Shown here piece after piece: positions 18,575 through 30,500 of a stretch of 53,275 nt of DNA. Made by a program: the position numbers and the translations under genes. Below the pieces are notes generated by a model. That model searched no databases. It saw only the letters and a list, made by a program, of their open reading frames with translations, and had not been told where the DNA came from. The stretch spans positions 1 through 53,275 of IMG/VR virus record IMGVR_UViG_3300030333_004803; one strand, 5' to 3'. Numbering within the stretch: position 1 is the stretch's first letter; every line of letters begins with the position of its first letter. This DNA comes from a virus (lineage: Duplodnaviria; Caudoviricetes).

Positions 18575-21500
18575 ATGCCATTAGACCCTCGTTTGTATCA
18601 AAATCGTGGAACTTTTACATCTGATCCATACGCACGACATATTCAAACATATCAAAGACAACCTTGGCTATTTTCTGAAGATCAAGTAGATGAATTAGAA
18701 GAGTATGCTAAAGCTAATGATATTGAATTTCAACGTCAAATTGACCCATCTGGTTCAGGCTTAATTGGAGTTGCTAATCAGCTAACTTCTGGAATCGTAG
18801 AAGGTTTTACTACTTTAGGCTGGGCAGATGAGCCTGAAACTACTGCTGAATCTATTGCTTATAGAGTTGGACACTTAATTGGTTTTGCTCCTGATATTAT
18901 AGCAGGTGTAGTGTCTGGTGGTGCTACAGCAGGTGCTAGTTTAGCTAAAATGGCGGGCAAAAAAGGGGTAAAAAAGGCAGCTCAGGATAGATTTAGTACT
19001 AAGTTAGCCCAAGGTATGCAAAAGGCCGTAAAAGGCGAATTTGGGATCCAAGCTGCTGCTACTCAAAGAGCAAGTGACTTTTTTGGAAGAGAATTTACAA
19101 GAGGTCCATTAGCTTTAAGATCTGTTCCTATGCGTGTAGCTGATTGGGCCACTGGAGCTGGTGGAAGAATGATGGCTGATGCTGGATGGGATGCAGCTAA
19201 ATTCTTACAAGAAGGTCATTGGGGGCGTTCTATTATAAAACAAGCAGGGCATTTAGGTATAGCTTCTGGAGTATCTGCTTGGCAAGAAGGTCCTGAAGGT
19301 GCATTAAAAGCTTCTATGCATGGTGCTGTAGCAGGTGCTGCATTTGGTGGTATAGGTAATTTCATGCAAGTGGATAAGATGTTAAAAAGTGGAATACCTT
19401 CAATGGAAGCAGAAGCTCGTGCAATAATACAAACAGTAGCTAAGGGTATGGCTGGATCTGCATTTACAGGTATACCTTCTACTATGCGTGGAGAAGATCC
19501 TGCTGCTCAAATTTATGAATATTTATTAGGATTTTTCTTTGGTGCTTCAACTCAACCAGCTTGGAAAGAAGCTGGGATGAAAGTATTTAATGAAGCTTCT
19601 CAAAGGGCAGAAACTGCATTTCAACCTCAAAAATTAGATAGTTTTGCTAAATTAAATAAATCAGCTAAAGATTTTGTATTAGAACAAACTAAAAATGCTT
19701 ATGGTAGATATTCTAAAGACGCTAATTTATCGCAAGCTGCAATAGAAATCTTAAAAAATATTACAGGTAAAGACAACCCTACTTTAAAAGACTATCAAGA
19801 GAACTTCAAAGAAGTTAATAGAGATATTGTAAAACATATAGATCAGCAATACCAAGAGGTTAAAGAACCTGCAACTGAAATTAAAAATCCCTCAGAAACA
19901 ACAATAGTTCCAGGTGAACAACTATCTATAGAGTTTGAAAAGAAACGTTATTTTCAAGTAGGGGCTGAATATAATGACAAAACTCCTTTAGCTACTAAAA
20001 ACGAAATTGTTCAGCATGTATCCGATATTATGGGACCTCATGCTACCAGAACAAGAGATATGTTTCTTAAAGAAATTAAAGAGAACCCAGAAGCTGTTGG
20101 AATGTATGTTGATGGTATGGTTCAATTTGTCGAAGGTAAGGTAACACATCATGCTGCTGTACATGAACCCATACACTGGTTTATGGGAAAAGTTTTAACT
20201 CAGCAAGAATATTCTTTTTTACAAAGACAATTTAAACAAAAAAACGAATTAGCTACAGAAGAAGCTATTGTTAATGCTGCTAGTGAGTATTATTTAGGCA
20301 AAAAAACCTTTACAGGTAAAGTTAAAGCTTTGTTCCAAAAATTTTGGAGGCAGATTAAAACATTATTAGGTAAAGATTTAACAGACGGTCAAAGCGTACA
20401 AGAATTATTTGATAGAATTGGGACAGATTACACTATAAGAAGTAAAGATAATTTAAAAGATTATATTAGTAAAGACAGAGGCAACTTAGAAAGATTAGTT
20501 GATGCAGAAGTATCAGTAAAAACAGAGCAAAATGATTATATATTGTACAATGATTATTTAGATTTCACTGGTTCAAAAAAAGCAGGGAAGCCTGAAGGTA
20601 GGCCGACTATACATTATGTGATAGATGAACTTATTCAAGTTCCTCAAAGTAGATATAACCCAAGGCAAACAACTCTTGCTAGTTTAGCTGAGTTTCATTT
20701 TCCAGAATTAAAAAATGTATCAAGTTTAGATTATTATAATCCTAAACAAATTGCTCAAATGCCCGCTCAATTAAAAGAAGCAAGGCTAACTTTAGATTTA
20801 GAATATAAATTTGTTAATAATGTCAATGATGTAAAATCTGAAAAGATTGGTTTTTCTGGTATGTACAAAAGTCTTTCTAAAAATCTAAAAAAAGCTGAAA
20901 AAATTGCAGCTAGAGATTTTGTTGATAGATTAAAAGAAAAATATAAAGATCAAAAATCAATAACAAAAGAAGAATTAGTTAAAGAATATAATGAATTTAT
21001 TGAGAAAGAATATCCTTTTAATGCTTATATTGCTTTAGGTTATGAAAATACTACTCAAAAAGGCATTTCAATTCCTTATGGAGCTGAAAATATAATTACA
21101 AATATTAGAACTGTAGAAAACCCTAAATTAATTGAAAATAAAAAAGTTATGTTTACTGGCGGAGAGCTTTATGATAAGCTTGGCCATCAATTTGAAATAT
21201 TAGATCCAAGATTTGATAGTAAAATTCCTGATATTTCTTCTAATGGATATGGTTGGTATAATTTTTTAGATATAAAACATATAGACCCTAAACTGTCTAT
21301 TTCTTTTGAATATCAATCAGATTTATTTGATAATCTAGCTAAACCTACATCTAAAGAAACAAAACCAGAATTACAACTACATCACGGGACAAGAACTTTA
21401 CAAGAATCTGCTGAAAAAGAATTTAGAATAGTAGCATCTAATAAAGCTAAACAAAACATAGAATTTGAAATGAATAGACGTGGGTTAGGTTTTGTTTTAA

Positions 21501-24500
21501 ATGAATTAGTTGAGTGGAGTGGTACTGAATTACTTTTTAAAAAAGCTTCTTTTAAACAAGATAGTTATCAAAACACCGTTGATAACTATTTAAGAAACTC
21601 AATATCAGAATTAGAAGGTATGAAATTTAGTAGATATGTAAATGAAACTGTAAGGAGTGTTTTTAGAGATTTTAATAAAAAAATAAAAAAAATAGAAGAT
21701 AAGTATCCACGTTTAAAAAATGGAGAGCTTGACCCTAGAGCTATATCTGAAAGAAATGAAGCTGTTTTTGAAATGCAAAATATTGCAGATGCAATAAATG
21801 AAATTTTTCCTCAAGCATTTAATATGAGCAAGCCTTCTGAAGCTGCAAAAAAAGCAATGAGTTATTTTGATTCATTTTCTGTTAATGGAGGTGGTCGTAG
21901 TCCGTTATCTAAAAGTGCTAGTCTTTGGCAAACAAGCCCCCTTCCCAATGAAACTACTTTTGTTAATACAGGTTTATTTAATATAAGACGAGAAAATAAT
22001 TGGAGCGACTCAGAGTACATTAGCAGACGACAGAATAGAAAAACTGGTGAAATGCCTACCCCTAAAGAAGTCTATGATAATTTAATTAACAAAGAATTAC
22101 CTAAATTATATAAAATTCTTGATTCTATTAACAATAAAGATTTTACATCTGCAAAAATTAAAAGATTAATTGATTTAATAACTAAAAATCATTTTGATTA
22201 TAAGTTTGCATTAGAAGACATGGGTTCAACTTATTTTGAATCAGCTCGTTTTTTAGATAGAAAAAGATTATTAGGTTCAGCAAAATCAGATAAATTATTT
22301 GATGGTCCTAGCCCAGGTACTAAATTTGCAGAATTATCTCCTGAACTTAGAATAGAATTTATTAATCAACAGAATATTTATTTAAATATAGTTAAAGATA
22401 TTTATCAATATTTAACAAATACATCCTATGCTCTTTTAAAACAAAAAGATAATTTTGTTGGTTTAACAGATATTCCAGAAGCTCCTTTTAATAGCGCTGG
22501 AAGAGTTGTAGGTGAGTTAAACAATAAACTTAAAAACACTGATTCTTTAATTAGAAGACAAGCGTCTATAGTTAATCAATTTAATTTTACACTTGATGCT
22601 TTAAATGTAAAAACGACAAGAGACAAGTTAGCAAACTACGTTATTGATAAATATGATCGTTATATGGATGGTTTTAGATTTCAATTACAAGATTATATTC
22701 ACGAATATATCAAAATAGGAAATGACCTACTTAATTCTCAGATAAAAGATAATCCTAAACTACATAATTATATAAAAGTTTTTCAAGAAAAAGAAGCTTT
22801 TAGGCAAAAACAAATTTACCATGCTTTAATTACTGCAAGTCAAAATGGAGATACTCGTCATATATTAACAGGTGGGCAAGGCTCATATAAAATTCAACAA
22901 AATAGTCAAGCATCTAAACTATATTTAAACCAAGGAGAAATAGACGCTTTACCTAAAATATCTTATAAAGACTGGAGAAAAAACTCATTTAAAAAAGATA
23001 TGTTACGTTCAGATAAATGGTCTCATGAAGTTCATTTTAGAATGTTTGGTAGAGGTCAAGGTTTGCACACTATGTCTGATAAAGAATTTGATGCATGGTT
23101 TACTAGTCAACGCAATATGGGTCAAAAATTAACAAATAGATGGATGGGTATTACTGGAAATATTTTAATTAGAAGAGCAAGAGATGGAAATGGTGAAATA
23201 ATTAAAGATAAATGGGATTTTACAACTACTAGAGCTAATCCTGACAAATTGGGCACTATGACATTTGACCAATTGAAAAGAATGTTAAAAGATAGCCCTA
23301 GACCAGGTCCTTTTGCAACAGATGCGCAAAAAGTATTAAAAAAATTAAAAATTCCATATACATATAAAGAAATTAAAGGAGTTGAAGGCGTTAATATCGT
23401 TGCTGAGATTCCAACTGATTTAGATGCTAGAATCCCTAGATTTTTTGTACCAGCAAAAAAAGATAAAAATTTACCTAGTTTAAGTAAAAAGAATAAAAGA
23501 AATGTATTTGCTTATATAGAAAAAGTATATAGAGAAGAAGGCCCTAAAAAGTCTACAGAAAGACTTATGGATGAATACGGAGTAGAGATTTTATCTTATA
23601 TTAGTGAATACGATTCTAGGCAAATGGGAGATGTAATTCCAAGAACAGCAGATCCTGAAATTCAATTAGCTTTATTCCCTGTCGATAAACAAAAAAATAT
23701 TGAAACAAGACTAAGCTCTCAAGATGATAGGAGTATGGAAATTATTCCTAAATTTAATGTTTTAGATCAGCTAGTTGATTATATAAAACCATTTTCTAGC
23801 AGAACTAGCGGTGAAATTAGAAGAGATTTAGATATCATTGCTGTAGCTAATGCTGGAAATAGAGAAGAATTTTTTAAACATTTATATGAATACATACCTA
23901 AAGAAGCCACAGATAGGCCAGAAAACTTTGAAAAAAGAGTTATTAAGCACTTAGACGCTTTATCCCAACATGAGCCTAGAAGAATGCTTTATTGGAGTGA
24001 AGAAAATGGCTTATTGTATCAAACTGAAATGCACCCATCTACAGAAGCATCTAAAAAATATGGTCAAAACGTTGATCAAACATTAAGACGAGTTACGAGA
24101 GAAGTGTCTGGGGTAGATCAAAATGGTCAACCTTATGAATTTTCTATTCAATTAAAGCCATTAGGTCAAAATCCAGGTTATTTTAGTGTGGCCCAGCAAA
24201 CATATATAGAACCTACAAATGCTTTAAATCCTAAATCTTGGAGAAGCTTAACTTTAGCGTTGGACCAAAATAATTCTTATGTTTTTGGCGGAAATGGAAC
24301 TACAGGTGTATTAAACACTAGAGTTTATCATAGAAAAACGAATCAAACAACTTTACAAGATTTGAAAAAAGAAATGTTTAGGGAAAAAGATTTTGCCCTT
24401 AGCTTTCAAAAAACTTATGAGTATGCAAAAGATTTATTCTTAGGGCAACAAATGCACGGTATTGATGCTAAGAAGAATCCTAAGACTGTTGCTAAATATG

Positions 24501-27500
24501 AGCAATTATTTGATAAGCAATTAATTTCTAACTTACTTTATTCTTTTGAAGAAAATGGTTCTTGGAGAACTGCCTTTATGGAATATCCCAATGTAGTTGC
24601 TTTTAACAAAAGACAACCACTTGAGCAAGGTGTTGAATATATGCTTTCTAGAGCAGATGTAAGTGACTTATTAAACTCTAGAGGAAAGTTAGAGTATGCT
24701 ATTGTAAAAGATGTTCCAGGAGAAGTAGGAGCTGACACTGATGGTGGTATTTATTTACATCCTGAATTATTTAATAGAGTTGCGGAAAGATTTAACCAGG
24801 ACCCAGAAACAGGATTTATTAAAGCTGTTGGAGTTGTAGGTAATCAAAAAATTGAAAGAAACGGCAAAGAAGTAAATTTAGGTAAAAATAGAGATAAAGC
24901 AGGATTTTTTAGAGCAACTAAAGAGATGGCTGATTTTATGGATGCACATGGTTTGCGTATTATAAAACGTGAATCAGGCACTAAAACACTTGGTGATAGG
25001 AAAACTTATAACATTGATTTTAAAAATGGAAAATACAAATTTGTAGGTAAAGGCTCTAGGAATCCTGAGTTTTATGAAATGTTGCCAGAAGAATTTAAAG
25101 TCAACGTTGGCATATATGATGACGCAAGAAAAGTATACGGTAATATGAATATGCCAAAACCAGTACTTTCCTTAATTAATTCAGAGCAATTTTCTCCTGA
25201 AGCAATGAACGCAGCAATGGATAAAATTACTGGACCAGCTATATATGGTACAGCAGAATCTAACGCTATAATGAAAAACTATATTGCAGATCCGAAAAAA
25301 TACGCAGAAGGATTAGTTACAAAATTTGGTGATACAAAAGTTGGTAAAATTAATTTAGATGATGTTAGCCATCATTTGATTATGGAAGCGTTAAGAATGC
25401 ATCCAGATAAACAAATTGCAAAAGATATATTAAGATTTATATTTAGAAAGCATAAAGAATATTCTATAGAAAATCCAGCAGATGATAAAACAATGCAGTT
25501 TAATAAAGATATTGAGACTATATCTCCAACATTAGATTTGTTAGAAAATGCTAATTTTGAACTTGCAGTATGGATGCAGCCAGATGTATTTAAATATGTA
25601 AATAAAGCTATAATGAATTACTTTATCCGAAGAGCATTTAAACCAAAATGGAAAAATAGTGGATATGCTCGTTTTATTGACAATACAGAACAATTAAAAC
25701 AAACTTATAATGTTCAAGAAGGTGAGTTTTATTTTGGGCATGCTAGACAATCTGAAAAAATAGAATTTCCATTTAATGGTCATAAAAGACCTATTACTAG
25801 AGGACAAGCTTATAAAGAATACTTAAAAGCTCAAAAGCAAGGAGCTCCAAAAGAAACATTAGAAAGTATGCTAGATCATCTGTCAGCTTTATTTACCAGA
25901 GTACCCGCCCCCGTACCTTCTGGTGTTAGATTTCTAACATTTAGAGGATTTTTAAAAGAAAAGGACGGCGCAGGATACGGAATGCTCATAAACGAAAGAG
26001 ATAAATATTTCTTTGGTGGAGCAGACAATGATGGAGATCTAGCATATTTCTTTCATAATATGCCTAAAGAAATTGTTGAAGGCTATAAATCAGCTAAAAA
26101 TGAATTAGTGAAAAAAGATGGTTCTTTAAAAGATATTAAAGATCCTAAATATTACCCATTATTTGGGATAAACGAGTCAGATCCGCTGTTTAAGGCCATG
26201 AATACCCCTGCATCGACCTTTATGCCGTCTTTAAGGATTTCTGCCGCTAGAGGGGCCTTTATGGGCCAAAATAACACAGGTCCTATGGTAAACAGTAATC
26301 AAATGTTGCAAGCTTTGTACAGTACCATTAATAATCAAGGCGGTGAAATGGTATTTAATGCCAATAAATTTAAATTAAGAATAAAATTAAAGAAACAAGC
26401 GAATGAAGCTGTTGCAGGCGATATGTTAAGAGAGTTGAATCTAAATGCTATAAGTAATGCTGTGGATGCTGCAAACTATCCTAATATGTCTAGCGCAAGG
26501 CAGATGAAAGAAAAAATATTTAATAAGATATTTGAAGTAACAAAGGTTGGAGAAAAAGGTCAGGTATTAAAATTTGGATTTAGTGATTTATATAAAACTG
26601 AATTTATGCAATATTGGAGATTAAATAATTTATTATTTGGTTGGAATTTTCAACAAAATAGACCGCATACAGTACAAGAGATTCTTTCTGGCTTAAAAGA
26701 TTATAGAAATTCTGGAATTAAATTTGACAGTCATATGTCAAAGGCAGCTTTGGAGTTTGGAGATCTTAATATGGATATTGATCCATGGTCTTTCTTGAAC
26801 AAAAAAGCATTAGCTACTGAGTTAAGAGTTGCTAACAAGTTGTTTAAAGAGGAGAACGGCAAAAGATTTATGCGACTTATTGGTCGTGAAAAATTAGATA
26901 TTTACGGTCAAACAACATTTAAAAGCAATATTCATACAGTAAATGACTTTTCAGACTTTATTGCTGCTAGATCAGTTATATATCCTTTAGGCGAAAGAAT
27001 TGAAAAAGCAATGAACGACTTAGGGTATGAACAACAAAGAGTTTATGAAATAATTGATTATATAGCAGATAAAGCTACTGCATTAAAAAATACAGGCTGG
27101 AAAGTTAGAATGGACGCTAGAGATCAAGATGTACCTCTTGCCGATGTACAAGCTAGAATAGACTCTGAAATAATTAGAGAACATGGTAAGTTGAGCGATA
27201 TGGCAAGACAATTAGGTATTGAGCCTAAGCTATTAACAACTTATTATGATGCTTATATATTGTCACCATTAAAGTTTCAAAATCCAGATAGCAAGCTTTC
27301 AGCTAAATTAAAAGAATTAGTTAAGTTAAGAGATGAATATAACAACTCTGAGCTTCCAGTTGATGAAAAATCAGTAGCTTTATTACAAAAAGAAATTACG
27401 GATCTAAATAAACAATATAATCAAACCACTAGAATGAGTATTGGGTGGTTGTCTACTAGAATACCAAGAGAAGTAAAAGCTGCTTATTTACAAGAATATT

Positions 27501-30500
27501 CAAAAGAATTTAATAAATACATAGTAGTACCATCTAATGATCCTGTTGTTAGGGTACCAGAGCCTAATGTTAAGCAATCTGCTCCAGAACCAACTATGCC
27601 TGAAGTTGCATCTAAAATACCAAAAGATGTATTAGAAAAAACTTTAGATGTAGATTTAGGAAAAATTACTCCTGAACAACAACAATCTATTGATACTTTT
27701 GTAAGAAACTTAGATCAGTTTCCACAATTTAAAGAAGCTATTAACTTAGCAGTTCCTGGGGTTACAGCTCAATTAAATCTTATTGGTGTTCCTATTGAAA
27801 ATATATCTTTCCAAGATATTAGAGTTTTAAACAGAATGTTTGACCAGTGGAAAAGAGGTATATTAGGTAAAAAGATTAAAAAAGGTGATTTTGGTAAATT
27901 CCCAATGAAAGCTATTTATAATTATTTATTCTATAGCAGAATTGACGAATTGCTAACACCGCATGATATGAAAATGTTAGATGTCCACAACACGCCAGTA
28001 TATCGTATTTCAAAACACGGCAGTGCTGGAGAGCTTTCTTTTGAAAAAACAAAAGTGCCTATGAGTACTATGGGTGCTATACAAAAAATGGCAGGCCATG
28101 CTTATAATTATGAAAATAAATTTGTTGAGTTTTGGGAAGATGAATTAGATAGAAGATTTAGTTTTATGAGTGAGTTAAAAGAAGCTCCTGAAATGATAGA
28201 AATAGCAGTAAGGCATATTACTAGAAATGGTGATGGTAGGGATTACAATGGCAGTGATAGAGGTAACGCAAAAGCTGTTTATGAAAAAATGTGGAAAGAA
28301 ATAGAACCTGAATATGAAGCATTACTAAAAAAAGGTAATGTAATGAGTCTGAAAGATGAAAAAGGTAATGTTTACAAAGCTAATGCTCAAGAAGTATTGC
28401 ATAAAATTAAAGACACTATTAGAGATTTTTATAAAGAATGGTATGAAACGTTCTTAAACAAAGGATATGATGAGTCTAAAGTGTTAAATCCTAAAACAGG
28501 TTTATTAAATGATAATTGGGTAAGAGACGAAATATTATCTCCTATGGTAAGAGATCTTCCTTTTGGTCGAATTGATTTAAAAGGAATGCCTGCTATCGCA
28601 AGAATTGAGTATGAAATGAGTTTAATAGATTTATTAGATGCTCAAGGCGTAAAAGGTGAAGCTGCTAGAAAAGCTAAAGCTGCTAAATATAGGTTAGATC
28701 ATCCTCCTCCTAGTGCCGAAGCCCCTCCTATTGGTAAAGTTCCTTTTGAGTTTTACTGGTCACAAATGGGTCATATAGATACAAAATTTGCAAAACAAGC
28801 AAATATTAAAGCTATGCAAGAAAACCTTATTGCTTATGAAAAAGCAATGAGAGAAGGAACTGCTAAACTAGCTACAGAAATGCTTGAATTTAATTATCGA
28901 AATGGTACTATAACTTTAGAGCAAGGTATTAAAGAGTCTATTAATATTACAAAACAACGTTATGAAAAGGCTTTACAAACTTCTGTAAAAGGTGATAATA
29001 GCTATAGTGAAAGTGGAGTAGAGTGGTTGCATTTTAAACCTGAAGGTGTTCAAGAAATGTCAGCTATACGAATGTTTCAAAAGCCTGGATCTGCTATGCA
29101 CAGAGGGTATTTGCCTCTTCCTGAGTTTAGAAGAGATATTGGCGTATTAAAGGATTACATGAGACAGTGGATGAAAGCTTACTTTAATAATATTATTGCT
29201 ATACGAGCTAGATATGCTATTAAAGACTTTGAACGTAGAGGACCAGTTGGTGAAGATACAGCAGTATGGAGAGACTTTTTCTTAGATGCATCAAAAAATA
29301 TTATGGGTTATCCATCTTTCTTCTCAGAAAAGATTTTTGGAATTACGCATCCTCAGGCTAGAGCTGTGCGAAAGTTTTTAGATAAGGGCAAGAGTGCTTT
29401 GTCTAAAAAACAACTTAATATGATCAAAGATTTGGTTCAAAAAATAGACGAAGAGTATATAGCTAAGTCTGGTGGACCATATATGGCTTCTTTAGCTCCT
29501 TTAAAACCTGAAGATTATAGATTCAAACTACAAGAAATGCTAAAATCTACTAACAGATTAAAAGCTTACAGGACTGGGTATTATGCATTTAGTGATCAAA
29601 AAGCTGTACAGTTCTTAGATAAGGTTTCTAAAAAATTATTTAATGGAGAAATACCTTTTTATAAAGACTTCCCAAAAGATCCTGAAGTTAGAAAAGCAGT
29701 AATGACTAGAATGGTTCATAAGTTTGGTATTATGGATGGTAAATGGAACCTTATGACACTTCTTGCTGCTCCTAAATCATTTATTGGTAACGTAATGGGT
29801 GGATCAGAAAATATTATAGGATCAGCAGGCTTAAGACATTTTAGAGGAGCAATCAATAAGCAATATTTAATTAATGAAGTATTTAAGAATGCTACGTTTG
29901 AAATGCCTGGACCAGAAGGTAAAAAAGTAAAGGTTAAGATAGATAGTATTCAAAACTTAAATCTTTGGTTAGAGACAATAGGTGTTATTGATAGTTATAT
30001 TAAATCTGAAATAGGTCTTGATTCTACGTTTAAACCAGATCGTAATAAAAGATTTGCAGTTGCTGCAGGTAGAAAAGTTGCTGCTTTATTCCATAAAAAC
30101 AAGTTAGATGACAAAACTCTTAGATTAACATTAAGAGAAACTGCTAGAGAATACGGTGTTAGTGATGCAATAGTAAATAAAGCTGCTGGATTTATGAGAA
30201 AATCAGAGCTTATTAATAGAAGGAATGCATTCTTGGCTCATTATTTAAACGCTAGGGAAGTATTTTCACCAGTAACTGATATGTTACCATGGGACAGTGA
30301 AGCACTAGTTAGGTTTGGTAAAAAAGGCTTAGAAGCTACTCAGTTTTTATATCACTCAGCTTTTAGAACTAATTATTCTAATACTGCTTTAGGAAAAGTT
30401 ATGACAAGGTTTCAACCATTTGCTTGGAACTCTGTAAAATACAGGAGACATGTTTATCAAAATGCAAAACTTTATGGCTTTAAGCCAGGAACAAGAGCCT

